Shown: piece by piece, positions 50,294 through 59,988 of the stretch
How the letters are laid out: every line of letters begins with the position of its first letter
Numbering within the stretch: the first letter of the stretch is position 1
Assembly (NCBI GenBank): GCA_045106895.1
Contig: JBGCFM010000012.1
Coordinates: forward strand, 1-64,000
Source of the DNA: Polyangiales bacterium
GTDB taxonomy: Bacteria > Myxococcota_A > Polyangia > Polyangiales > Houyiibacteriaceae
Length of the DNA stretch: 64,000 nucleotides
Reading direction: 5' to 3'
The notes under the pieces: model-generated
The model's input: the letters and a program-made list of their open reading frames with translations, nothing else
Told to the model about the DNA's origin: nothing
Database searches by the model: none
Program-made: the position numbers and the translations under genes

Positions 50294-51175
50294 CTAGCCG
50301 AGGACGCGTGACAAGCCGTCGAGGAGCGCGCCACGGCGCGTGCGTTGGGGCATTCTCTCGAGCGCTTCGCTTCGCGTAAAAGCGTTGAGCCACGGTTCAA
50401 TGGGCCCGCGCTCAAGGATGCCGTCGAGACCGTAGAGTGAGAGCTGCTCCACGCCCGCCGCCCGCGCCACACCTACGTCATCGATGAGTTCATCCACGCT
50501 TCGGTAGGCCTGCTCGTCGCCGAGTGCTCCTCCGCCCACAACGCCGAGTGAGAGCGCGTTGCTGCGCCCAGCGATCCGTCTGAGAAGGTCGCGAGCGACG
50601 CGGCGGTCGATGAGGCCGCGGCCGTAACCTTCGAAGAGGCTGGTGTACGCCATGGACTCCACACGTTCGCAACCAAGCTCTGACACCGGCGTGCCCAGAC
50701 GTGACTCCCACTTTGCGCCGTACGCGATAACGGGCGGTACGACGGCTTCCACCTGCCAACCTTCGCGACGCGCCCAGGTCGCAAGGCCGCCGAAGGTGCG
50801 CTTCTGCGGGCCTTGGAGCGTAGGCTTCTTCTTTGGCCTCAGGTCCAGCCAGCTGCGCGTCACCGCGATCGGCGGTTCGAGGTCGAGGAGCAATACAGAA
50901 GCGGGGACATCGCGAAAAATCCGCGCGAGGAGTTCTTCGTACTCCACAGCGTTCGTCGTACTCGCCCATCGTCCGTGGCTGTCTTCAAGGAGCGGCCAAA
51001 CGACGAGGCGCACGCCCATGTCTCGGCAGCGCAATGCGAGGGCCGGGAGACGCGGCACTTGAGAAGGAAACACAGCCACGGCGAGGTCAATGCCAGCGCG
51101 CGAGCGCGCGAGCGCCTTGATGAGGGGTCGGTCGAGGACGTTCCAGGGAACATGTTCGCTGTAGACTCGGCGCAC
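50294..51175 (-). CDS. Hypothetical protein, possible TIM-barrel/glycoside-hydrolase-like
   Basis: Beta/alpha alternation, LLDLEPP, ESMAYTS; true start probably GTG 51175, since the longer ORF overlaps the divergent gene. Confidence 0.6.
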   Translation of the reverse strand: MRRVYSEHVPWNVLDRPLIKALARSRAGIDLAVAVFPSQVPRLPALALRCRDMGVRLVVWPLLEDSHGRWASTTNAVEYEELLARIFRDVPASVLLLDLEPPIAVTRSWLDLRPKKKPTLQGPQKRTFGGLATWARREGWQVEAVVPPVIAYGAKWESRLGTPVSELGCERVESMAYTSLFEGYGRGLIDRRVARDLLRRIAGRSNALSLGVVGGGALGDEQAYRSVDELIDDVGVARAAGVEQLSLYGLDGILERGPIEPWLNAFTRSEALERMPQRTRRGALLDGLSRVLG

Positions 51176-51232
51176 GCCTCCTTCATAGCGCGAAATCGCC
51201 AAGCACAGAAGGCAACCTGCTAGAACGTCGAC

Positions 51233-52306
51233 ATGAAGATTCTCTACGGCGTCACCGGCGAAGGCATGGGGCACGCGATTCGGTCGAAGGTCGTCCTCGA
51301 TTTCCTGCTGCGCGAAGGTCACGAAGTCGAGATCATCGCTTCGAACCGCGCGGCGTCGTTCTTGGCCGAACACTTCTCGGAGGTGCACAAGATCCACGGA
51401 CTTCACATCGTCGCGGAAGAGAACCGAGTCCGAAAAGGAAAGACACTCTGGTCCAACGTCCGTGAGGGCATCAAGAACCTGCCCAAGCAGATCGATGCCT
51501 ATTTCAACATCATCGAAGACTTCAAGCCCGGCGCCGTCATCTCAGACTTCGAGAGCTTCTCGTACCTCTATGCGCGCACCCATGACGTGCCGGTGTTCAG
51601 CATCGACAACCAGCAGGTCCTCAACCGCTGCGAGATCCCTCCTGAGGTTCTCGAAGGAGAGCGTCGTGACTTCGAGATCGTGAAGGCGTTCGTCAAAGCG
51701 AAACTGCCCTTCTGTGATCACTACTTTATCGCCACGTTTTTTGAGCCTCCGATTCGTAAGAAAAGAACCACGCTTCATGCGCCTATTCTGCGCCCATCGA
51801 TCCTCGAGGCGACTCCGACGAACGGCGAGCATCTGCTGGTGTATCAAACCGTCGGGGAGAATACGCCGCTCATCGAGGCCCTCTCGAAGCTGGACCGTGA
51901 CGTGCACATCTACGGGATGCGCCGTGACTCAAAGGAAGACCAACGCGAAGGAAACCTCGTCTACCGACCTTTTGGCGAACAGAGCTTCATCGACGACCTC
52001 GCGTCCGCGCACGCCGTTATCGCTTCGGCGGGTTTCACGCTGATGGGCGAGTGTGTGTTCTTGGGAAAACCCTTGCTCGCTGTTCCCCTGGAAGGTCAGT
52101 TCGAACAGGTCTTCAACGCGCGCTACTTGACTCACCTCGGCTACGGCGCCGAGGCCGAGACTCTCAACGACGAGGTCGTCCAATCGTTCATGGCGCAAGT
52201 GCCGAAGTTCCGCGAAACGCTGGTCGGCTTCGCCCACGACGCAAACCAGTCTCTTTTTGACGCGTTGAATGCACGTCTGGATGAAGCGGCGGCGGGGCTT
52301 CTCTGA
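51233..52306 (+). CDS. MJ1255/VC2487-family glycosyltransferase (GT-B)
   Basis: MKILYGVTGEGMGHAIRS, VISDFE, SIDNQ, AGFTLMGE, GQFEQVFNA. Confidence 0.9.
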   Translation: MKILYGVTGEGMGHAIRSKVVLDFLLREGHEVEIIASNRAASFLAEHFSEVHKIHGLHIVAEENRVRKGKTLWSNVREGIKNLPKQIDAYFNIIEDFKPGAVISDFESFSYLYARTHDVPVFSIDNQQVLNRCEIPPEVLEGERRDFEIVKAFVKAKLPFCDHYFIATFFEPPIRKKRTTLHAPILRPSILEATPTNGEHLLVYQTVGENTPLIEALSKLDRDVHIYGMRRDSKEDQREGNLVYRPFGEQSFIDDLASAHAVIASAGFTLMGECVFLGKPLLAVPLEGQFEQVFNARYLTHLGYGAEAETLNDEVVQSFMAQVPKFRETLVGFAHDANQSLFDALNARLDEAAAGLL

Positions 52307-52360
52307 GGTCTCGGTACTCGTACCCCTTGCGGGCACCGCCAAATACCACGACCCCTAAGC

Positions 52361-53203
52361 ATGCGCTCCGATCTGTCTCTCTTCCTTCTCGCGGGCTGCG
52401 CCGTCGACCACTCGGGACTCATTGGCAATGACGCTGCGCCCATCGATGTAGTGATGACAGACGTGTTCACGCGCCCAGACTCCGGGCCTGGCCCAGATTC
52501 CGGCGTCGATGCATTCGCGCCGGACGTCGGCCTCTCTCTTCCGGACGCAGGCAACGACGCAGGCTTCGACGCGGGCAACGACGCGGGCTTCGACGCAGGC
52601 GACGCGGGCAACGACGCGGGACCCGTGGACCCGTGCTCCGTAGGCGACGATACGGACGGCGATGGCGTACGCGACAACTGCGACGAGTGCCGAGGCTACA
52701 ATGACGCAAATGACGCAAATGACGCGGATGGTGATGGTACCGCAGACGGTTGCGACGACTGGTCCTGTGGGCCGACGCGACTCTCCGCCCCGTCTGTGGT
52801 TGAGCGGGAAGAGATACAAATAAGCGCTGTGACCATCGGCGGGTCCGGAAACTCTGCCATGGTTCGCCCCGAGGACACCTTCGAGATCACTTTTGACTGG
52901 ACGCTTGGTGACGCCGGCTGCCCCGGGTGCATCCGACAGGTCGAGTGGGGCTTCACCCGCATCGGCCGGCTTGGGTGTGAGTACGATGGAAACCCGCCAC
53001 CCAGCGGCGTGGCGGGGTCCGCCGTGATCTCAAACATTCCCATTCCTCCCGGCTCCTCCGGCGTGTATGAGCTTCGATTCGCTCTTGGACAGCAGCGTGC
53101 CTGCGCGGACATTACTAACTGGCACAACGGCGAACCGGGCTTGGATCACACCATCGGCCACGTCTGCGTGCCTCCTGCGGGCATCGAATACCCAGGCGGG
53201 TAG
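52361..53203 (+). CDS. Lipoprotein with DAG repeats, thrombospondin type-3-like Ca-binding repeats and a C-terminal beta domain
   Basis: Lipobox LAGC; DTDGDGVRDNCDEC, DADGDGTADGCD. Confidence 0.8.
   Translation: MRSDLSLFLLAGCAVDHSGLIGNDAAPIDVVMTDVFTRPDSGPGPDSGVDAFAPDVGLSLPDAGNDAGFDAGNDAGFDAGDAGNDAGPVDPCSVGDDTDGDGVRDNCDECRGYNDANDANDADGDGTADGCDDWSCGPTRLSAPSVVEREEIQISAVTIGGSGNSAMVRPEDTFEITFDWTLGDAGCPGCIRQVEWGFTRIGRLGCEYDGNPPPSGVAGSAVISNIPIPPGSSGVYELRFALGQQRACADITNWHNGEPGLDHTIGHVCVPPAGIEYPGG
52544..52621 (+). repeat. In-frame DAG(N/F) tandem repeat
   Basis: GACGC(A/G)GGC(AAC/TTC) units. Confidence 0.85.
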
Positions 53204-53308
53204 GAGCCAGCTTACATTTGCGCACAAGCGCTTTCATGGCGAAAACGCCCGCGCTTCGATAACCTGTTTGGGTGTGGTGGTCGCCACACATTCGAGGGAG
53301 GCTGTGGC

Positions 53309-55981
53309 GTGAAGAATTCTCTGTTCTGGTTTGTGCTTTTGTGTGGTGCGTGCTCCTGCGAGGACACCACTCCGCCCCCACCTTTCAACTTCGACGCTGG
53401 CATCAGCGTGGATGGCGGCGGCCGACCTGACATCTTCGTTCCACAAGTCGACATCCCTAACCCCGTCCTCGTTCAGACCGCCTCCAGCGAAGAGGTCCGA
53501 GCCGGCGAACAAATCATGGTCACCTGCACCATCCTCGACCAGGACGGTGAGGTGTACAGCGCCGCCGGACGAACCCCACGCATTCGCTTCAGCCCCAGCG
53601 ACTCTGTGGCCGTCGAAGGTGAGAACTACGTGGCCATTGTCGCCGGCGAGGTCGAGGTGAGCTGCTCGTTCCCGGACCTCATGTTGACGGACGACCGACC
53701 TGCGATCACTCGCATCGTTCCAGGACCTGCCGCCGAGACAACGACGACGCTAGACGGCGTGAGCATCACCGCCGGCGAAAGCGTGAACGCGGAATGTGTG
53801 ACCTTTGACGCGTATGGCAACCGCATCGACGACGCGAGTCCCGGACTACGCATCGAGCCCTCGGACCCGGGCAACACCATCGACGGCCTCAGCGCTGAGA
53901 TGACAAGCGCCGGCATCTACGAAGCCAGCTGCGAACTCGAAGGCGCCGCCTCCCAGCCAGCCGCACTCGAGGTCGTCCCAGCGCTACCCGCCACGTTGAT
54001 TGCAGGCCGCGTGCCGGAACAAGCTGTCTACGGCATCGGCCAGGTGGTCGAGGTCTCGACGGTCGTCACGGACCGCTACACAAACGTGATCCCTGACGCT
54101 CCAATGGACATCACGAGCGCACCGGCGGGCTCACAGCTAGGCCGCAACCGTTTCCGCTACCTTGCCGATGGCGTCTACGATGTCACGGCGCGCGTGACGG
54201 GCCCCACCGAAGGTGGCGCACTGCTCGAAGCGACGGTGCAGTTCATCGTCAACGGCGACGGTCCCACCATTGTTTGCGACGGCCCAGGTGACGGCACAAT
54301 GATCGACCTCCCAGGCTCTGGACGGCTTCTCTTCTCCGGAACCGTAGGTGACGCGAGCGGGGTCGAAACGGTCCGCGTCAACGGAAGCGTCGCCGACGTG
54401 GACGCCGGCGGTGGCTTCTCGGCGACAGTAGACGCGACCTTCGGCATCAACTTCGTCGAAATCAGTGCTCGTGACGCGTTCGGCGAAGAGAGCTCACGGA
54501 CTTGCTCGTTCTTGGCTTCGAGCCGATGGGGCGCACCAACGAGCACCTTCGCTGACACCGTGTCCCTCGAACTGCGGCAAGCCGCTATCGACGACATGAG
54601 CGCTTCGGGGCCCATCGATTCTCTCGACGACATCCTGGACCGCGTGGTGAACAGCGACGGCCTCCGCGACACTCTCGACAGCGCCCTCGTCGCGGCGAAC
54701 CCGCTGAAGCCAAGCGCCTGCGACGAGCGTGTGTTTGGTGTGTGCGTCTTTCGTTCACAGGTCGAATACCGCGACCTCGTGTTCGCCGGATCACGCGTCA
54801 CCGACCTCACTCTGCGCAACGGCGGTGTCCGCGCCCATGTGCGTCTTGAGGATGTTCAGGTCCAGCTTCGGATCAGCGGCACATTGAGCAGCACCGGGTG
54901 GGCCGACTTCGACTACATCGACATCGTCATGGACCTCAACACGTCCATTTCCGCGGGTCGACCACGTCTCACGGTAGCCCCGGGCTCCGTCGTTACCAAC
55001 GTCGGCGACATCGACACACGCTTCAGCGGTCTCAGCGGGATCATCATCAACATCGTTGCAAGCGTGATCAACGGACGACTACGGAGCCTGGTGGAAGGCC
55101 TTCTTGAGAGTTACATCACCGACTCCTTCAACGACGTCCTCGATGGAGTCCTCGGCGGCCTCGACATCGAGAGCCTCGGGTCGACGTTCAACGTACCGCG
55201 CCTCGACGGGTCCGGCTCGATTCCTCTTGGCTTTGGCGTCGCCTTCAACTCGCTGACGACGAACACCTCGCGAATGCGCTTTGGCATCGGGACACGCTTC
55301 ACCGGTCCGACGACAATCGCGCGACCGACGCGAGGCGTCGCCGTTCCCGGTACAGCCGGCGGATTCATCGACAGCCCAACTGGCACCAACTCGATGACCG
55401 TCAGCGTGCACAACGTCATCTTCAACCAGGTCCTGCATCAGCTCTGGCGCGGCGGCTTGCTCGAAGCGAACATCGACGGCGCAACCTTGGGCGGAAGTCT
55501 GCCCGCGGGCCTCACGGCGGAAATCTCCGGCGCGCTCCCACCCGTCGTCGTGATGAACGGTGATGGAAGCGTCGACCTCGGCATCGGCGCCCTGACCATT
55601 CAACTCGTCTACCCAGGACTCTTCGACGAACCCATCACCATGGTCCTCGGAGCGAACTCAAGCACGAGCGTATCCCTGGTTGGCAACGATCTGCGCTTCG
55701 GCGCCATCACCGTCGAAGAGCTCTACTTCTCCACAGACGACGTGTCCCTCGACGCCGGAACCCGCGCAACGCTGAGCCGCTTCTTGACGACGCTCGTTCA
55801 GAGCATCGTCGACTCCGCTTTGAACGACGCGCTCCCCGCGATTCCAATCCCCTCCTTCGACCTGCCCGCGTCGCTTACGACCTACGGTATTCCAGCGGGA
55901 ACGACCCTTGGCCTTCGTAGTCCTAGCCTCACGGGCGAGAACCCTCACTTCGTCCTTCGCGGCACATTCGGGAGCCTCTAA
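53309..55981 (+). CDS. Lipoprotein: multiple Ig-like domains plus putative BPI/LBP/CETP (TULIP) double domain
   Basis: Lipobox-like GAC; Ig strands; MTVSVHNVIFNQVLHQLWRGGLL and ALNDALPAIPIP resemble BPI C-domain motifs. Confidence 0.75.
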   Translation: MKNSLFWFVLLCGACSCEDTTPPPPFNFDAGISVDGGGRPDIFVPQVDIPNPVLVQTASSEEVRAGEQIMVTCTILDQDGEVYSAAGRTPRIRFSPSDSVAVEGENYVAIVAGEVEVSCSFPDLMLTDDRPAITRIVPGPAAETTTTLDGVSITAGESVNAECVTFDAYGNRIDDASPGLRIEPSDPGNTIDGLSAEMTSAGIYEASCELEGAASQPAALEVVPALPATLIAGRVPEQAVYGIGQVVEVSTVVTDRYTNVIPDAPMDITSAPAGSQLGRNRFRYLADGVYDVTARVTGPTEGGALLEATVQFIVNGDGPTIVCDGPGDGTMIDLPGSGRLLFSGTVGDASGVETVRVNGSVADVDAGGGFSATVDATFGINFVEISARDAFGEESSRTCSFLASSRWGAPTSTFADTVSLELRQAAIDDMSASGPIDSLDDILDRVVNSDGLRDTLDSALVAANPLKPSACDERVFGVCVFRSQVEYRDLVFAGSRVTDLTLRNGGVRAHVRLEDVQVQLRISGTLSSTGWADFDYIDIVMDLNTSISAGRPRLTVAPGSVVTNVGDIDTRFSGLSGIIINIVASVINGRLRSLVEGLLESYITDSFNDVLDGVLGGLDIESLGSTFNVPRLDGSGSIPLGFGVAFNSLTTNTSRMRFGIGTRFTGPTTIARPTRGVAVPGTAGGFIDSPTGTNSMTVSVHNVIFNQVLHQLWRGGLLEANIDGATLGGSLPAGLTAEISGALPPVVVMNGDGSVDLGIGALTIQLVYPGLFDEPITMVLGANSSTSVSLVGNDLRFGAITVEELYFSTDDVSLDAGTRATLSRFLTTLVQSIVDSALNDALPAIPIPSFDLPASLTTYGIPAGTTLGLRSPSLTGENPHFVLRGTFGSL

Positions 55982-58086
55982 TGCGTCGACTCTCTGTTCT
56001 TCTGATTCTCCTCGCTGCGTGTGGGGACGACTCCACACCCACCCCCGACGCAGGTTTCTCCGTCGACGCTGGAACCGATACCAGTAGCCTGGATGCCGGG
56101 CCGATGGCCGTGCCAGCGACCCTTGAACTTGAGGTCGCCCCCGCGCGCTCCGCCTACTTTACCGACCAGTCGGTGCGTATCGAAGGCACGCTCCGCGATA
56201 GCGCGGGTGCCGAAATCCGTGACGTTGGCTTCACCCTCATCACGCCACCAGAAGCGACCCTTGAGAGCGGCCGGACCTTCACCCTCAACAGCGAAGGCTA
56301 CGTGAACTTCCAGGGCTGCACCGACGTCCCCGGCGCCGACGGCGAAGAAGTCTGTGATTTCGTCCGCATTCTTGTGGACGACGGCACACCGAACCTGGAG
56401 GTCACCTCGCCGCTTCCTGGACAAGAGATCGGCGGCGGCACGGAGTCGGCCATCCTCGTCACGGGCAGCGTCGCGGACAGCCGTGACGTCACCGTGCGCG
56501 TCAACGGCGACCCTGTGCGGGTCGACGCCATGGGCGCATTCTCGCACGAAGTCCGGGCTCTCTTTGGCGTCAACCACCTTGTCATCATCGCCAGCGACGG
56601 CATCTCCACGGAAGCGCGCGTCGAAATGGATGTCCTCTACTCTGACGTGTTCATCGCAGGAACCGGCGGCACGGAGAACGCCGTCGACGACGCCATCACG
56701 CTTCGCCTCGGGCAGGGCTTCTTCGACGACCGAACGCCCACGACGGCACTCGAGGCTTCCGACCTAGCCGACGTCCTTCAGCTCGTCCTGGAGAACGCAG
56801 ACCTCCTCGAACTCCTTCCAAGCCCACTCATCGATTCCGGAACCTTGAACCTGGACGCGAGTGATGTGGAGGTCCGAGACGTCGAGGTTCAGCTCGACGT
56901 CGTCGACGACGGCCTCGATCTCTTCGCGCGTATCGGCAGCGTGGACATCTCGACGACTGGCTCTTTCACGGTCGATTCGACGTCCCTCGACCTCAGCGGG
57001 GGTCTCGATGCAGAGCTCGCCGTCTATGGTCACGTGACGATTCGAAAGGACTCCCTCGATTCGCCCATCGAGTCCTCCGTGGACGAGCTCACCGTCGCCA
57101 TCGAGTCCATCACCGGGCGTTTCGCAAGCGAAGAGGCCAACGCGCTCCTCGCCCTGGCGGAAGGGCTGCTGCGTACCCGCATTGAGACGCTTCTCGCCGA
57201 CAGTGTGGGCGGGACCTTGCTCAACGCTGCCCCGGCTATCCTCGTCGACGGCATCAGCGCCCTCGACACTTCCCTCAGAGACCAGATGTTCGTTCTCGAC
57301 ACGGGCGTCTTTGCGCCGATGACGCTCAACCTCGACGCACGCCTCTCGCGCCTCGATACCGTCTACCTCTCGCACATCGACGCGCCCATGAACTTCCGCG
57401 CCTCGACGGACCAAGAGAACATTCATCCGGAGTCACGCGGCGTCGCTGACTTGGGTGACGCGAGCGAAGCCGTTCTCTTCGATGTGCCTGCGGCCCTCGC
57501 CGCGCGCGTCGCGGTGCTCAATGGACTGTTGCACTCCCTCTGGTCCAGCGGACTCCTTCAAATCGACGCGACGGAGATCCTTCCTGAGAGCCTCGCCGGC
57601 GTCGTTCAAGAGGCCACTCTTCGCGGTCTTATGACGCCGATCATTCGACCCGCGCGCGGAGCCGAGACGGACGACTTCGTCTTCACCATCGGCCAACTGG
57701 AACTCGACCTCGACCTCCTCGGAGAGCAAGTCACCTTCGGTGTCACCATCGAAGCTGGCATGACCATCGACATCGTGGACGGCGCGTTGGTGTTTGCCGT
57801 TGAAGACGAGCCCGACGTGCGCGTTTGGATCATCGAGTCCACGACGCGCTCCCCCTCCGTGACGCCAGACACACTGCGCTCCCTTGTGCTGACGCAGCTC
57901 TGGCCAAGTCTCCGCGACAGCTTGTTGCCGGGTCTCTCCCTTGCGCTGCCCAGCTTCTCCATCGGTGACCTCGGAGGCATCGCTCCGGAGCTAGGCGGTT
58001 TCGAACTGGGCATTTCACTCGCTTCGCCCGTCGAACTCCGACGTCATTCCTTGGTGGCAGAGCTCGCGGTTCGCGGCGCGATCTGA
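55981..58086 (+). CDS. Paralogous lipoprotein: Ig-like plus putative BPI/LBP (TULIP) domains
   Basis: Lipobox LAAC; TAATG overlap with the upstream gene; VLNGLLHSLWSSGLL; LPGLSLALPS. Confidence 0.75.
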   Translation: MRRLSVLLILLAACGDDSTPTPDAGFSVDAGTDTSSLDAGPMAVPATLELEVAPARSAYFTDQSVRIEGTLRDSAGAEIRDVGFTLITPPEATLESGRTFTLNSEGYVNFQGCTDVPGADGEEVCDFVRILVDDGTPNLEVTSPLPGQEIGGGTESAILVTGSVADSRDVTVRVNGDPVRVDAMGAFSHEVRALFGVNHLVIIASDGISTEARVEMDVLYSDVFIAGTGGTENAVDDAITLRLGQGFFDDRTPTTALEASDLADVLQLVLENADLLELLPSPLIDSGTLNLDASDVEVRDVEVQLDVVDDGLDLFARIGSVDISTTGSFTVDSTSLDLSGGLDAELAVYGHVTIRKDSLDSPIESSVDELTVAIESITGRFASEEANALLALAEGLLRTRIETLLADSVGGTLLNAAPAILVDGISALDTSLRDQMFVLDTGVFAPMTLNLDARLSRLDTVYLSHIDAPMNFRASTDQENIHPESRGVADLGDASEAVLFDVPAALAARVAVLNGLLHSLWSSGLLQIDATEILPESLAGVVQEATLRGLMTPIIRPARGAETDDFVFTIGQLELDLDLLGEQVTFGVTIEAGMTIDIVDGALVFAVEDEPDVRVWIIESTTRSPSVTPDTLRSLVLTQLWPSLRDSLLPGLSLALPSFSIGDLGGIAPELGGFELGISLASPVELRRHSLVAELAVRGAI

Positions 58087-58342
58087 CCCTCGACGAACGG
58101 TTCACGTGCGCTCGCTCGCTCATCTTTCGATCGCGAATACGCATTCGACGGATCGGGCCGGATCACCAAATACAGGGCTGAAACGCGACGATTTCGGGTC
58201 TGGGCCCTAAAAATCGGTGCCGAAGACATTCCACAACGACTTTAACCCTTGATTTCCAGATCGGGGAGTGCAGTGTGGCGGCACCAACGCGTCCTCGGGC
58301 GCCTAACCGACAGTCGCCTGAGAGCGACTACGGAGATTCAAA

Positions 58343-58672
58343 ATGGCCAAGACAACAGCGATTACGAAACCCCTCAGCAAGTCCGCTCTTCTCGCGGAAC
58401 TCGCCGAGAACACGGACCTCTCCAAGAAGCAGGTCGCATCCGTCATGGACGAGCTTGCTGCCGTCATTGAGCGTCACATCAAGAAGAGGGGCGCAGGTAC
58501 CTTCACGCTTCCAGGTCTTCTCAAGATCAAGACGGTCAAGAAGCCAGCTGTGAAGGCCCACGAGCGTCCCGATCCCTTCAACAAGGGTCAGATGATGCAG
58601 GTCAAGGCGAAGCCAGCCACGATGAAGGTCAAAGTCCTTCCTCTCAAGAAGCTCAAGGAAATGCCTCTCTAA
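58343..58672 (+). CDS. HU/IHF-family DNA-binding protein
   Basis: LSKSALLAELAE, LSKKQV, FTLPGLLKI, extended arm; GGAG RBS. Confidence 0.92.
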   Translation: MAKTTAITKPLSKSALLAELAENTDLSKKQVASVMDELAAVIERHIKKRGAGTFTLPGLLKIKTVKKPAVKAHERPDPFNKGQMMQVKAKPATMKVKVLPLKKLKEMPL

Positions 58673-58734
58673 GGGCATCGTCTTCAGCCGGCCTGAGAAC
58701 GTGCTCGTTCTCAGAAAGGCGAGAGACACGATCG

Positions 58735-58773
58735 AAGGCACCTCCGGCTATCTAGCCACGGGGTGCCTTTTTT
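58735..58773 (+). terminator. Rho-independent terminator after HU gene
   Basis: AAGGCACCTC...GGGGTGCCTT followed by TTTT. Confidence 0.8.
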
Positions 58774-58802
58774 CGTTCCGTCTTTCGAGGTATGACGCGT
58801 TT

Positions 58803-59987
58803 ATGAACCTCCGGCTTTCTGAACGTGCGCTCGGTTTCCAAGAGAGCGCGATTCGTAAACTCGACGCCACGGTCCAACGGCGAAGTAAGACGACTCGTTT
58901 TCATCGCCTCAACATTGGACAACCCGATGTGGAGACGCCGGCAGCGCTGCTCCAGGCGATTCGTGATTTTCAGCCGCCGGTCGTTCGATACGGGCCCGCG
59001 AGCGGACTCCCCGAATGCCGAGAGGCCGCCGCTGCCTACCATCGCCGCTGGTGTCCTTCGCTGAGCGCCGCCGACGTCGCCGTCACCCACGGCGGGTCCG
59101 AGGCCTTGCTCTTCGCCTTCGCCGCGGTCTGCGACGCCGGAGACGAAGTCCTCGCACCCGAACCCTACTACACGAACTACAACGGCTTCGCGAAGATCAT
59201 CGACGTGAAGGTCAAGCCGATCCCGACGCGCCTCAGCGAAGGGTTTGCGATCCCGTCGGATGCGGAACTCGACAAGCTCGTCAGTCCGCGAACGCGCGCC
59301 TTCGTCTTTAGCAACCCGGCGAACCCCACCGGGAAAATCTACGAGCGCGCGGAGGTCGAACGTCTCGCGCGCTGGACGGAACGTCACGGTCTGTGGCTCA
59401 TCTCCGACGAGGTCTATCGGCGTATCTGGTTCACGGAGCCTCCTCCAAGCGCTCTTGAACTTGAAGGCGATCAGCTCATCGTCATCGACTCCTTGAGCAA
59501 GACCTACAGCGCTTGCGGTTCGCGACTGGGCTTCTTGATCAGTCAGAACAAAATGCTGATGGAACGCGTCGAGCGTCTCGGCCAAGCACGTCTGGGTCCG
59601 CAACCTCTCGCGCAAGCCATGGCCATCGCCGCCCACGCTTTGCCAGAGTCCTACTACGAAGAGACTCGCCTTCGCTACGCGAGCCGCATCGACGCGCTCC
59701 TCGAGGGTCTCGCGAAGATCCCGGACGTCAAAACGCACCGCCCCGACGGTGCGTTCTATCTGATGTGCCAGCTACCTATCAAAGACAGCGAGGCCTTCGC
59801 ACGCTACCTCGTCGAGACCTTCGAGCACGAAGGTGAGTCCCTCGTCGTCGCACCAGCGCCCGGGTTTTACGCGGATCCACAACACGGCCGTGACGAGATT
59901 CGCCTCGCCGCCGTCACCGGGGAAGCCGATCTAAGACGCGGAGCCGAGCTCCTCGGTCTCGCCCTCGACCGCTACTCCGAGCTCTAA
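58803..59987 (+). CDS. PLP-dependent class I/II aminotransferase
   Basis: LNIGQPD, GGSEAL, NPANPTG, SDEVY, SLSKTYSACGSRLG. Confidence 0.95.
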   Translation: MNLRLSERALGFQESAIRKLDATVQRRSKTTRFHRLNIGQPDVETPAALLQAIRDFQPPVVRYGPASGLPECREAAAAYHRRWCPSLSAADVAVTHGGSEALLFAFAAVCDAGDEVLAPEPYYTNYNGFAKIIDVKVKPIPTRLSEGFAIPSDAELDKLVSPRTRAFVFSNPANPTGKIYERAEVERLARWTERHGLWLISDEVYRRIWFTEPPPSALELEGDQLIVIDSLSKTYSACGSRLGFLISQNKMLMERVERLGQARLGPQPLAQAMAIAAHALPESYYEETRLRYASRIDALLEGLAKIPDVKTHRPDGAFYLMCQLPIKDSEAFARYLVETFEHEGESLVVAPAPGFYADPQHGRDEIRLAAVTGEADLRRGAELLGLALDRYSEL

Positions 59988-59988
59988 G

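Noticed and set aside
51176..51406. N-terminal extension of ORF 50294..51406
   Set aside because: Overlaps the conserved start of the divergent glycosyltransferase
58260..58335. tRNA- or TPP-riboswitch-like sequence (CTGAGA)
   Set aside because: No cloverleaf, T-loop or remaining TPP consensus; the downstream gene is HU
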